NCBI RefSeq assembly: GCF_964204865.1
Contig: NC_135260.1
Coordinates: 9,610,001-9,674,000, forward strand
Direction of reading: 5' to 3'
Source: Styela clava
Lineage: Eukaryota
Length of the DNA: 64,000 bases
Shown: piece by piece, positions 15,401 to 30,400 of the stretch
Position numbering within the stretch: the stretch's first letter is position 1
Layout of the letters: each line of letters starts with the position of its first letter
Notes under the pieces: generated by a model
What the model was told of the DNA's origin: nothing
The model's database searches: none
What the model saw: only the letters and a program-made list of their open reading frames with translations
Translations under genes and position numbers: made by a program

Positions 15401-18400
15401 ACTAAAATATAACTTTAAAGAGTTTGTGTTTGATACCATAAAAGAATGATATATTTTATACAGTTAAAATCATTTTGTTTAAAGGCAAACTTTCTCACAT
15501 GGTCATATCAAATTGTGAATATTATACATATTTCACACAAAGTAAATATGAACGATATACCCTTCTTCTCTCTGGATTAAAATATGTAAAGTTGTTTTGG
15601 AGTTTTTCAAACAAATTATCAGAAATACACTGATGCCAAATACAACCATTTCAACTTATTATAGTATGACGTTATCACTTATCACCATTGAAAACTAATG
15701 TGTCACACATTGTTGTTCTCAAATATTCAATCAACCATAAAACAGTTTTTACGTTAGTTACCACTCATGCTATATGTAATATTGGTTTAGAGTGTGTGAC
15801 TAATAGACATAACAATAATATCATAATGGGATACAAGTTGGCAAATATCTTCAATATTCTCTTCTTTTTCTTACACTTTGAAAGTACATGTCAATTAACA
15901 TTACCGGTTCTAGGAAAATTCGCCGCAGGAAATCTTGCTGTAGGAAATTTCGCCACATAGGAAAAATCGCTACATGAAAAATCGCCTTATTTATAAAAGA
16001 TTTGTTATTTAATAAGAGGTTACAAATACTTGTTTCACAGAAAAATGCTCTTTTTTTTTTTCTATGCGACGAATTTTCCGGACACGAACATTACCCATCC
16101 ATTTTATATTGATTTCAAATTCCAGTTGCTATAGCAATCCCATTAACAATCGAGGATAACAATTTGAGGTATTTTTCAAATTAGATTTAGTAAAGCGTGG
16201 AAAACAAATGAAAAAGTGCATACAATTTTAGTATGAGAACAAAAACCTTGTTGTCTACCATTATCACATATTACTAGTATTTTATAAAAATCACACATTT
16301 TATTTGTTTCTATAATTTTTCGACAACAATATTTTCATACTAAATAATTCTTATGCAATACCATAAACAACTTAAAATATTTACGTTCCTATGACATTAC
16401 AGAATTTAAAAATAAAAAATTCAGTCTCCCCCATCTTCTGAGAATTTACTTTTCATGTGTGTTTCATGTTTCTGAGCATTCGTTTCATTTTATTATCAAA
16501 CATAATTCTCAAAACTCAATGGTATTTATTGCATTAAATTAGCTTCATTGCGCAAATACCAATTTGTTTGCAAATATTAAATGTAGGCCATCACTATAAA
16601 AAATGAACACTTTATATTCGTCCTGAATTATCCATCTTTTGACTTAGCTTATTCCTTATGACGCAAACACTGAGATTTGTACCTATAATGTAAGAAGCAT
16701 TAGCGAGTATGGACTGAAGACGCACTTAGTTGAACCTCTTGAAGTTACTTAATAGGGGTCAGCTATTATATTATCAGTCAAACGAAAGAAGAATTAAATT
16801 GTTAGGATAAGTCATTCAGGTCCGCACTTTACTTGTAAATAACTTACCTCATATCAGAGTTTTACCATATGAAGTCACCAATGGAAAATTCTGATTCTGA
16901 ATTTTTGAAATTATGGAATAGTACAGGAAATGTACTTCTGTGCTATGTACTGTAAACAACCTGATTACAAAGTTATTTTTAATTCTGACAGTTCTGACAG
17001 CGAGTTTCGAATCTGAGGGATCATATTGTTGAGGTGTGTTGTACATGTGATCGTTGTGTGATAATTTGTATGAAATTGACGTATTTTTTCAAATTCAATC
17101 TGACCATGCAGCGTTGTATCACGAAATCAACAAGGATTACATTTAATATAAAATGTTAATCAGTTGTCTTGCGTAAGCCGGTAACGCTCTCAGTCTCCGT
17201 TGGCTTTTATTCAATCGTACCGCACCGACACTCGAAACATGATATCGGTGATAATTGGGGTATTAAGAAAAGACAAGAATAACAAAATGTCGGAGGTCAT
17301 AAGGAGTTTGTTTTGACACATGTTTCAGATGTCGTCAGTTGTAAATTTTTTTGTAAATGAAACAAGGAAACAGGTGCTCTGTTTGATGCAATACACATTT
17401 CTTTGAAGCTTTTTAATGGAAATTACCAACTGACTTTCCAATTCAGTTTCAACTCGGTCTAATATTTTATTATACCTCCCAAATTTAATTCTTTTTTCCA
17501 AGTATTAATTTCTACTTGATTGCTGTAATAAATAAACTTACACATTTTGTATAGCTAATTTTTCTATTTAAACACTTGAAACATAGCCTTTTTACATTTG
17601 TTCTGTTTAGATCTTACACAAATTTTTTTGTTGTATATAAAAATATCAAAGTTCTTATTCCTCTAATATGCGAGGTAATATTTTGCTCTTGACCCGGTGT
17701 TATGAGTTAAAATGTTAATTGGTGTTGTTCATCCCATTGACGTCAGAAAAAATTAATCTTAATTTAGATTGGATATATATCAATTACTTGTGTTGAGATT
17801 TTTCTGATTATTTTGGCTATTTCTGCTCAAAATTGTTTATATACATACACACTGGTGTTTACTTTTCATTTCATCATCAACGAATCTAAATTGGGAATGT
17901 TTTAAAATATTCAATCAGCTCTTAAACACATGCTACGTGTGAAGTAATCCATATGTTTCAATTAGAAAATATCTCCTGTCAAAACATGGTTTTTAAATGA
18001 TGAGGGTCGGATTGTATCTTTGTTTCTGAAACATCTGGTTAAGCATGTTTTTCATTGAAAAGTTTCAAACGTCATTCGGCTAATTCTGTGGTAAAAGATG
18101 ATCTCTGACGCAATCATCGAATCTCTTTGTGTTTGTAGCGAAATGACGTTTGCTTCACCCACTCTGAGGTTTTTATGCTTCGGTAATTCAATATCTTAAT
18201 CTCTAGTGATGGATTATATAAGTCACCTCCTTGAACAAACCGTAAACAACCCAAAAAGTATATAAGTAAGAAGAGAGTGTGTATGCTTTATAACACTTCA
18301 ATGTACCGAGCAAACGTGTATCATTTTTGATACTGTCGCTACATTTCTAATCCTGACCGTTTAACCATTTTTGGTTGCCTTATAACGAAGCCAAAATTGG

Positions 18401-21400
18401 CTGAATTATAACAAAGTATCTATGAAGAAAAAACGTAGCCTATTTCGAACAACAATGAGCTTGCTGCAGGATTTTGTCTACTCTTGCATTTAATTGCTAC
18501 AAGGTAACAATTTTTCTTCTTTCAAATTTTGTTTTTGTTAAAACTTTTTTCAAAACTAATTATTCTTATTAATTATTTCAGAATCCTGATGTTGGACTCA
18601 AAATATAAGACATGACAAGAAGGTATTGGCTATTCCAGCTGTGTTAACTCAGCAGAGGCCGTGAAAAGATCTGCAAGATTTGTTCATACAAACATCGAGC
18701 ACTTTTCTCCTACGAAAGCCATAAAAATGGCCGATATAGCAATGAACTTGACAATGTCACCTCTGATGACTGGATGACTATTCTGTTAATTCTTTTTAAT
18801 GAAAAACAAATGAAAAAATTTTTCAGGCTTTCGAAATTGAAGGTGTATGTAAATAAAATTACAATGTATATTGACAAGTGATCACTTTTGATAAATGATC
18901 TAGTATAATAATAGGATATCGTTAATTTTGTTCTATAGTTTGACAATTGTGTTGTACCCATTTTACAACAAGCTATATTTACATATTTGTAAATATATAT
19001 GGAAGCCAGCAAGTATAATACTAATAGAATACATATACCGGTAATTATGACTAGATTAGAAATGCGCCTTTAGTAGTTCAGTAGCAAAATTCATTCAAAA
19101 AAGACAATGTGTGGTGAAATAAATAATCATTGCTCTATAATGTATATCAACGTAAGAATTACTTTTAGGTGTTTGAGTGGCTTCCTTTTTTTATTTTTCA
19201 AAAATTTACCCCACAATGTGATAGATTTTTTTTGTATGCCTCCAACTTATTTAACATATTTTCCTGTCAACGTATCTTGTGGCACTTCAGTGACATTGTA
19301 CACACAAATACAGTATACTGCTGTTGTTTAATACTATATCATGTTTTACTTACTTTTGATATTATGACCAAATTCAGTGTTACTGAAATTTTAAATTTTT
19401 AGATTGCATGTATTCCTCATTATAATCGAAGTTTTCATTGTTAATCCTTATTTTCGAGACGCTACTGCATTAAAGTAATGCTTCCATAAACTGCTATGTT
19501 CTTGTTTTAATAACTATCTTCATGTACATGGTATTGCAATTAACACATGCTTGCTGACGTATCAAGATATTCTTGTTGCTGAAAGAAGTATGAGAAATAT
19601 AAAAACTTGAAATTGAAATGCATATCGGGGTCTGGGGTGTGTTGTGTTTTCGGTTGGGGCAGTTTTGTCAAGAAATTTGAAGACAATCTTTCAGGCCATT
19701 TGTTATAGCTCAATATATTTTAAAAAATAAATATATATCACACTTACAGATAGTCAAAGGAAACTCCATGAATTGCTCATCTTACATACAGTATCACTTA
19801 AATCAGATATTAAATGAAACAAATCGGAAATACATTTTTATGTCTACAAACACATTAAGAACAAAGCTTAAGTTATATTTTAGGGCTCAAACCAGATCAG
19901 AAAATGTAACATAGAATGTCGGTTTGTTTATAAAATAATAGTACCGGACCGGTACTTGTTACTAGTGTAGTCAATAAGGCACTACCTGATCCATACAATA
20001 AGCATACCAGCTTAAAAGGCACACAATTGATTTTTGAGAAAAAAAGTGATCTAAACTGCGCTTTATGATCCATAAAAAACGATGAAACAAAAATCAAAGA
20101 ATTTATCAATATGATGCAGGACATAATTCAAGCTAAGATTCTTTCAAAAAATAGCATATATCTTTATCTCTACAAATAGGTATCAGAATGTTAAAAAAAG
20201 ACAGAAAATGAGAAATTTATATTAGTTTTTATACAATAATTTTAAATTTATTATATTAAATTTATACAATCAATAACTGAATAACGCAATTTTTTTCAAC
20301 ATCTAAAATTTAATCATCACAAGAAATAGTTTGGGCATAATATCTAATGGCCTTAAGTTGGCAAGAATCATAACTGTTTATTGGTCTGGATTTTGCAATA
20401 CAACGAATTAATAAGAAGGATCATTTAGTGAAATAATTGAAATACATAGGCGGTGTGGCGCTCAGTACTAAGCATCAGGAATTTGCCTGCCACCGTACCT
20501 CTGATTATCAAGCGATCGATAATCATGTACGAGAGGAAATTTTAAAACTTTTGAAAACTCATTAAATCATTAAACCCAACCTTTTTTTGAAGTGACCCAA
20601 ATTTTTTAAAAATCAATTTTTTTTTGCGTTTCAAGAATATGATGAAAAATGGCATGTTGTGCTTTTATGGCCGCAAAATTACAAAAATTAAACCATTCAT
20701 TTTCACATAACGTTTATTTCTCCAGCTGAGCTTGTTTGCCATCAGCGAGTTTTAATATCATGGTGTTGCTCCTAGCAAAATATATACTCCCAATCCTTTA
20801 ATAAGTTGTGATACTTCCCACTTGAACAACTACTATTGAGTAACACTTTTAATGCCAAATATAAAACAAACATCAAAATTTACTAAATAGGTTGGGGAAA
20901 CACTGATCTAAACTGCAAGTCTGTTACATCATGATATCTATGCATCTAGAATTTTAAACTTCGGCCAATCCCATGCCTGCCTTGAACTAACTACAAAAAG
21001 GACAGGAGGACATGCTTCAACATATGATTGATTAAGCATTTTTGATGGTTTACCTCAAATAGATATGAAATGCTTTTTGTGTAAACTAATTTTGTTTGTT
21101 TTAGGTGAACGTCCTTTTCCACCACCCGCAGGACTTGCAGTATCAGCATGGGTTTATATTGAAAAATTCTGTCCTCATCAACTTCACCCAATCAGACTTC
21201 TTACTGTGACAAGAGAGGTGTTGGAAATTATTTTGTATTAATATCAATCTTGGTCAGAAGTTTAACTTTACTCAATATTCATCACTCTTATTCAACACAT
21301 TCCCCTTGAATTCTAAAGACACGCTTTCGGGAAGTTTAATTTTTCAGTCTTAGAAATCATAGCTCATAACTGTTTTCTGAGCATGTTTACTCGGCTTCTT

Positions 21401-24400
21401 GAAGTCTTACGGTAAAATCGGCATTTTTTGGTTCATAATGCACCACCATTTATTCTATATAGTTTGAGTACCTCTCGGCGCTTGGGTTGTTTCTGTGAAT
21501 TTACTCAAAGCCGAGTCCCCTCTACTCCTGTGTGAGTGGAAATGATCTTGTTTTTAGCAAATTCTGTTACTAATATATGTATTCCGATAATTTTACTTCC
21601 TTTTTTGAGAATTTATTATTTTGTAGAACAGTAATTTTTTGGGAAATTTTTCATTCAAAATATCTTGATTAATTGGATTGAATTACTTGACAATAATTAT
21701 ACTCTGTTTTTACTTCATATATATTGCAATTTAAATTTGAATTTTTTGTTTTTAAGGTTAATATTAATAATTCGCAAGTGCAATATACATGTCTGTCAAT
21801 TCACATAACTGCTAAAGATAAGAATATAATCATTTCAACACAAGAAGAAAACTTTGAACATATGGGTATAATAAACAATTTTTATCTTTGGATTATCAGT
21901 TGTTCAAAAGTAAATTTTAATTGTTTTTCATGGTTAGACCAGACGTGAAAACGCTAAAATCTCACTCTTGCTTATACTGATGACTCGAGGTTGACAAAAA
22001 TTTTGACTCTTTGCTTTCATGCCGAGAAAAAAAATTTGAACCAAAAAGAGAAAAAATTTCAGACCTGGGGTGTTTGAAAATACAACTCCGACTCTAGTAC
22101 CAATAAAAAAAAGGCCAAACGCCGACTTCGGCTTCACAACCGCGGGCTCAGATCGGCCAGCCTATTGATTTTGCATATTACAAACTTAAGCAGCTTTCTG
22201 CATTCCTGCTTGTACAGTGACTTAGTCAGGGCAATGATCAAAAAATATAATGGATGCCTTTAGACAGCAACTTATATGGAAGTTAACGTGATCACTGTCT
22301 GTTGCAGTTTTTTAGGTTTAAAACTTTTTTTGTATAAGCTAATAAATCAATGCAATTAGAATTATGCTTCTTAACCTCAACACACCCTATTTTAGGGGTA
22401 AATATGTAAATATTTATGTTTGCACTATTTCACAAGGTAATGATTTTAAATTTTATCCCACAGGTCCAGGTGATATAGAAATTGGGAACGAATTGATTTC
22501 AGCATCTGCAGTCTTTCCAACAAAAAAATCAATTCATGAGTCACAATGGTATCATATTGTTGTTGTCATCAACAAAGCAACTGTCTTAAAACACAGTACT
22601 GCTGCAGCATATTTAAATGGAAGATTGCTTGGGACATCAAAGGTAAAGAAAATCTATTTTTCATACAGGCTAATTAATAAAGGCAAGGTTTTGAGCTGTT
22701 AATCAGTGTTGAGGATGCTCGAGTCTTTTGCTCTACTCGAGTTCAGCTTGAGTCTCCAGTTATCAAAAACTCAATATTGACTCGAGTAATCTAAATGGAA
22801 GGACTTGGATTCGTCAGCAACGAATCGCCAGTAACCTGACTCGATACTCTGATTTCCAGTGACTTGACTTTTCCACGGATTGAGGTTCTATTTCGGTGAT
22901 GATGGTTTCATTGAACCTCTGCAGTATATTGATTAGAAATAGAGGCCTTGTGCATAATTTTAGGATTTGCGGAGTTGATAACCAGTAACATTAAATAATG
23001 AATAAATATTTGGAGTCATGATTGATGACCAAACACACTTATCTTTAGAAAAGCATCCCGCACAGCGTTTAATATTGCCGTTTCCTTGCCACACAATCAG
23101 TCCCACATGTTGTAAACGAACAAAAGTAAACACCGAAATGCGAATTTTCACTACCTCACACAAATAACTATGAGGGATGTATTGTTTTCATTCATTCCCC
23201 TATTTTTTTCCTTCCTAGTTGAGATACATTCACACAAATCCAGGCGGAAATTCAGCTAATTCTGCAATCCAAGTTCGTGCATATGTGGGTACACCACCAA
23301 GACTCAGTGCTCGATCTCCTCTACTTTGGCGCCTTGCATCCTTCCACATCGCAGACGATTCGTCATTTGTAACAGCTTCAAGTGTAGCAACTCAATATCA
23401 ACTTGGACCATCCTACATTGGAAATTTTCAAGCTGTACCTCTGTCTGGTCAGTGTAAAAATATAACACTATTGGCTTTTTCCATCATACACATATCTGAA
23501 TAATTCAATATAGTTGCGTGATGCAAGATTCTGTTGGACAATTTTCTGAACACACGTTCGAAAAATTCTTACCTTGTCATTCAGTTTTGTTTTTCGTCAC
23601 ATTAAAAAATATTTATTGCAATGGTCTTAATGAAAATAGGCTTCAATTGTTCGAAAAGTACATAGCTACAGCCATATGGAATACAGTATCAATTTTCTTA
23701 ATAATTCCCGGGAATTTTACAATTTTTAAAATAGTTTTTTCACATTGTTCGTCGTCTGTAATGAGTTCTATTCTTGGAAACCTTTGACAATATCTAGTCT
23801 TATAGCAGGGGTAGTGAACCACTGACCCACGTGACCCCCGATTCATTCTGTGACCCACCAAGTTACGAATTGATACAAATAAACATACTAGAATTTCGTT
23901 GCTAAAAATTTTCAGATGGAGGTTTTGGACCAGTTTTATCAGAAGAACATCTATGTTTCTCATTACATCCACATGCATGTGAAACATCATCTGGCGCTAG
24001 AATTCGAAGACAATGCATGAAGTTTGACAGCAAATCTATTGCAAACGAGGTAGACTTTTGTAACTAATTACTTTCAAGTGTGAAATTACGATGTACTGGA
24101 TTTTGTCAAATTAAAAAATTGGACAGGCTAGGTAGTCCACAAGTCTAAAAAATTAATATTGTGTATTTCGATTCTAATATCTATATCAAATGATCCCAGA
24201 ATTTAACGTTTTTCTTAATTGTTTTTTCATTATTAGCATTATATAGTATATCTCATGGTTTCTTGGGCTGGGCCCTTGGTGCCTCCACAAGGCCACAAGC
24301 AAAGACCTTTATGGATACCACAAAGTTTTTTTTTTGATGATTTCATCAATTTAATGTAGATAAATTGTGATTTGTTAAATCTTTGGACTGTAGTGCATTT

Positions 24401-27400
24401 ATTCTTTTTCTTTCATTTTTGTTACTGGACTTTTTGTTGATAAACATGGCTTATAAATAACTGGGATGAAAGCGAAACTCTGTATTTTTATACAAGACCG
24501 GTGGCAACACGTGCATAGAGACTCTGCCAGGGGCCATGGGTCATTTAGGTGTACCTAATAACATTTTATGAAATATTTCATCTTATATTATTGAAGGAAT
24601 GCTGAAACTAAGAGTAAAACTAGAGAAGGCTGGGTAACATTCATTAAAATAAAAATGACTTGACTTGCTTGTATCTAATCGTTAGCTTTCTAATCATGCC
24701 TTAGTATGACTATGTTTTCTTCCTCGTGGAATTACCTGGATTCATGTAGTGGACCAGATTAAAAATCGCCTATACCTGTGGTTCTCAAACTGATGATGAT
24801 CTTTGACCTCTTTCGAATACTCTCAAATATTTGTAGCCCCCTTACTCTTCTATAAATATACCTATTTTTACTTTTGTCATGTTTCCATCAGTTATTTTAT
24901 TCACCATGTTTAATAATAAAAAGCCAGCAAATGAAAGCAAAAGAATAAATGCATTACAATCAAAAAATTAAACGAATCACAGTCTTGACAAAATGAAGTT
25001 GAATGTTTATACAATACTTGTAGCATTGTTCTGTCACCTCTCATCAATTCAAAAATAATATTATTATATTTATAAACACCTGCAGCTGAAGTTGGGATTG
25101 AATGATGGTCTTACTCCAATTATTCTGGTCCGTAATTCTTGTTCCCATATGCCTGGCCTTGCAAGATCTGTTGGTGCTGTAGCAGTGTATGATCAAGCAT
25201 CTGCAGCTGTCAGAAATTTTATGCCAGGACAAGTAGCTAGAGTTCTACAGGTAATGTTTTGACTGTATTTATTTATTGTATGTATATATCAGGACAGGAT
25301 CAGAGCCTGGTCAAATTCATACAGACAGCAAATTTCGTAAAAAAAGAAGACTGGCTGGACGAAAATTTTAACTCAAAACTCCAGACTGAACACTCTGGCT
25401 TGACACAAATATTTACTCTGACTTGACAAAAATTTTGACTTCAGCTCCAGACTGAATACTCTGGCTTGACAAAATTTTTACTCTGGCTTGACGCAAATTT
25501 TTACTCTGGCTTGACAAAAACTTTGACTCCATCTGCAGACTGAAAATTCTGGTTTGACAAAAATTTTGACTTCAGCTCCAGACTGAATACTCTGGCTCGA
25601 CAAAATTTTTACTCTGGCTTGTCAAAAATTTGGACTTCAGCTCCAGACTGAATACTCTGGCTTGACAAAATTTTTACTCTGGCTTGACACAAATTTTTAC
25701 TCTGGCTTGACAAAAACTTTGACTCCACCTGCAGACTGAAAATTCTGGTTTGACAAAAATTTTGACTTCAGCTCCAGACTGAATACTCTGGCTCGACAAA
25801 ATTTTTACTCTGGCTTGACACAAATTTTTACTTTGGCGTGACAAAAACTTTGACCCCGGCCACAGACTGAAAACTCTGGCTTGACAAAAATTTTGACTTT
25901 GGTTCCAGACTGAAGACTCTGGCTTGACAAAAATTTTGACTTTGGTTCCAGACTGAAGACTCAGGCTTGACAAAAATTTTGACTTTGGTTCCAGACTGAA
26001 GACTCTGGCTTGACAAAAATTTTGACTTCGGCTCCCGACTGAAGACTCAGGCTTATCAAGTATTGTGACTTCGGCTCCCTACTAAAGACTCTGGCTTGAA
26101 AAAAAATTTGACTTTGAAATTCTGACTCTGAATCGTGGAAAAGGGGATTTTTCAAATATCACATTATGAATTTATCTTGTAAATATTATTCTTATTTTGT
26201 TACCAAATTGATTAATTTGCATGTTTGTTGAAAAAGACTATACAAGATAGGTGATTCTGCATGGTTACCCTAATTTTTATCAATATTTTTCTGAATTACA
26301 GAATGTTGGTGGCAGTGCAGTAATATTAAGTCTAGTTTCTATGGCAACTGATGTTGAAGGTCTATATGCTGCAGTCAAATCATTGGTTTGTATTGTTAAA
26401 AACAATCAGGCGGCTGCAAACGAAATGGACAGAAAAAGGGGATATCAGGTAGATATTGAGACTATCATTAAAGTTAGTTGTTTGCAGTGTTGACTCTACT
26501 CGAGTTACAATTGTCGAAGACTAGAAGTGGCTTGAGTCATCCAAATTGAATAACTTGGACTCGACTCTACTCTTGACTCAAGACTCGGATGGCCTGCGAC
26601 CTGACTTGACTTGCTACTTCGACTTTATCTATTTACTCTGAGTCTAGTTACCCTGTATTCTCGTTTCCCAGCACTGTTTCTACTGTACTTCACTCAATGT
26701 TTTCGGTTTGACCCATTTTATTACAACATGGGTGATGGGTACGAGATTCGAACTCAAGATGTGCATGTATACCCTGCAATGCCAGCAAAGCCAAAGCTAA
26801 CCATTTTAGGATGGGTTTATATATTTATCCTAGGGAAATGAAAGCCAATAACACGACTAAATCATATGGTGCACCACAGCCTTTTGTCCGGCCCCCAGTC
26901 CATATCAGATATAGGATTAGTTAGTCAATTATTTGTTTTCAATACACAGACTTTAATAACTATCCAGCTTTAAGGCTTTAACCATCGCGCATCTACAATG
27001 ATTGTCTTTATGAGGAACAATAAAAATTAACATTTCAAGATATATACTACAACATAGTATTTTAGTGGTTTTCAGATAATTCTGAAATTAACAAGACTCT
27101 AATTCTTTTTCAGGCTCTTGCAATGCATTTAAAAAGAAAGAAAGCTCTGTTAAATTCCCATGTTCTGCATTTAACTTATTCACTCGCTGGTACAGTAGAT
27201 GTTGGAAGAGAATCTGCAACCATTCCAAATATCACGGCTTTTGAAGATTTATTATGTGATTTGGAGGTTAGTCAAATTCTTTTACAAATCTATTTGTAAG
27301 CTGTGATTTTTCTTCATTATATTTGCAAACTGATTTTGATTTTAGGTTATTCGAGTTTGATATGATGGATATATTATATTTTGAATTATCTTTACAAAAT

Positions 27401-30400
27401 GTGTCCTAATTCTCAAATTGTGTATTTGTATTGATTTTGAATAGATAGTGGTATATCTCTCTGAGTAGATATGAAAAAAAATCCTACACTTTGTTTGATT
27501 TTTCGGATTTACCCAATTAAAGTAAAACTTTAGTAGGGATATGTCACTATTTACATATTCAGGTATGGCACAATGCTCCTGATGAACTACATCGATCACT
27601 GTTGGAACATATTTATGGACTTCTTACTGAATCAAGGTAATTAATATAAATACAGTATCATAAAGTGAACTACGGTAATTATATAAATAAACTCGAGATT
27701 CTAAACTACAGTTTATACCTCATAATTGAGTTTAAAATTTTAATCAAATAAAAATTTACTATTAAGCGCAAAATATTTGAAACCGCTATAATTTTTTTAT
27801 AGAAAAGCATCCTATTTTATCTAAAATTTTTGATGACTTTTTTGCGACAGATATTCTTTATGAAATAACTTTATTGTGTTGTGTGTTTCCATTGTTTCTT
27901 CTGTTTTAGTGACACAAATGAGAATTGCAAAATCATAAAAGAACGTGGAATGGTTAAACGTTGTCTTCATTTTGTGTTCGGAGATTCATCCCTCTCTTTA
28001 GGAACAATTCGTGCAATATTTCGAATCATTCAAGCATTGCTCAATACTTCCGGAAACCACTCAGATTTGCTTAGGTGGGTAACTTTTGTCGTCTAGTGTG
28101 GGCCAAGGTCTCCAAGTGGTTTTAAAACACTGATGCCATAAAATGACCCCATAACAATTTTTTTTATACTTGAAGCCATTAAGACATTTCACAATTTTTT
28201 ATTCTCGCTTTGAAAGTGTTGTTCACTCATATTATTATTTTGAAATATTCGAGCAGCTTCTATGGAAAAATTTTGAAAGTGTCCCAGCCTGACCCAGCTT
28301 TCTAACCAGGGGCCAAAAATTTTGCCCACCTATGCTGGCAGGCCGTCTGAGTGTCATGTAAAAAGTTACATTTTATGAACAACATTTACAGTGTTACAAA
28401 AGTAAAAGTGGAAAACAATAGGCCTCATGCCAAACCTATATTTAATTGCAATATCAACAAATTATTTTTTAGCTAAAACATCAAAATTTGGTTTTAGTTT
28501 GGTTGTGGCAGCATCAGGCGAGCCAGATTAATTCCCCTTCGGACAGAATTTGGCCCTCGGGTCGTGGTTTGCCCATGTTAGTTGTATAACCTTATCATCT
28601 TTACTAATTGCCCATTGCTATGGTTATAAATAAGGAGCGAAAATCTATTGTAATATTAAATAAGCTTTGTCCTTTGTAACATTTGTACAAAGCACATTTA
28701 TCATTAAATAGATTTGGTCAATTTCTTGTTTCAACTATTCCTCCTCTTGATGAGTATGAAACATCTATAGAGCTGAGTGAACCAGAGACTGATTTCAAGA
28801 AATGTACTCCAGTATCGACAAGTGCGGGTGAGTTAGTAATAAGCCTCTCAAAGCTATCATGAACCGTTTTTAGAGAGTGTCTCAAAATCGAGGCTGTGGA
28901 GTTGTAGTCGGGGTCGAGTCCTATTTTCAAACTACCAGGAGTCTGAGTCTTAAGTAGATATTTTAAATTCATAAAAATTTGAATTTTAGACATTTAATGT
29001 TGATAATTTGAAGTAAAAATATTTGAGTTGATTTAGTGAGACTTCTAAAAATGATAAAATATCGCGTACATGTATATTATATTGTTCATGTCAAAATGGC
29101 AATTTCTGTAGTTTTGCAGTTTTTCGTTATAAATGTTCTCTCGTAATATATGCTTGTTTCACTGTTGTGATAATTAGCGTCATTTTCATCAAACAAAATC
29201 AATTCTACAAGGATCAAACTTAAAAAAATAAATGACCTTTGTTAATTTCCAAGGTCATATCAAGAACAAACCATCTTATGCAGGCTTGCTTTCAAAATTC
29301 CGGCTCGCGGACACATTCCATGCGGCCCACAGAATAATTTTAGCATGCCCTGAATCATTGGCAATTGTTTGTATTTATTGGCAGAAAATTTTTGAATTAT
29401 TTTTAAACTATCCTTAAAAGTTATTGCGGCCCACCATCCTTGGACCACCCTGTCTTAATTCTTCACTTTACATTTGTAAATAAAATCTATACCATCCACT
29501 GGCAAAATTTGCAGAAATATTTTTACACGATAAATTATATAGTCAAATTTAATGAATATTTTCCTTAAAATGGATCTCGGAAAAATAATTCTTATACTTG
29601 CCATCGCAGAATTTTTGATGCTTTTTTCAAAAGTCTTTTCGTTAGTTGACACTTACAAACTGGTATTCATGTTTTATAACCATCATCTTGGTTCAAAATA
29701 TTAAACCTTGTGATGTTTTAAGTACTGCTAGCTAAGCTTAGCCTAGTCTAGCCAGCTTTATGGGGACTAATTTTTAATACTGCAACTGAGCTAATACTTC
29801 TTGGGGACAAAATGCCTATTGAATCAATGGCATAAAAACGACAAATGCATAGCTGTGACTAATATTTTATATTCACACTTAAAAATGTCCTTTTTGTGAT
29901 CGCTATATCTAAAATGGATTTATTTATTATGCCTGCCCTTTTGAAATAGCACTATACAGTCTCAACATTTCCCCCTCATCAGCACTGGTAAGTATCTCGA
30001 AAACGCATATTTTGCTGGCTTTACTTATTTATTTTATCAAATAGGATAATACTGAAATATTAACACATTTCACTGTGAACATTTTATTTAAATCGAATAT
30101 ACCCATTTTGGTTCTACATTCCTTTTGAGGAAGATTGCAGCTGTACTGTCTATAAATTTTGCCAACTTCACGTCAAGCATTGTTATTCCACCTTTATCAA
30201 ATGTGTAAAGACTCACTTCAACCTAAGAAAATAGGCAAGATATACAAAAGAAAACTTTTTTGGAAACCTTAATCATTACTTTTCTTTAGAATACAGAATT
30301 TCCTTCTTTAAATTTTTTTATTGGATATATAGTGTAATATTTGTTTCCTAAATTGAAGATAGAATCGTAAAAAAAACGCTTGTCAGAGTAAAATAATAGA

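Noticed and set aside
25674-26155. Three overlapping repetitive minus-strand ORFs; the array superficially resembles a CRISPR
   Set aside because: These are translations of a minisatellite. There are no unique spacers, no cas genes, and the context is a eukaryotic intron.
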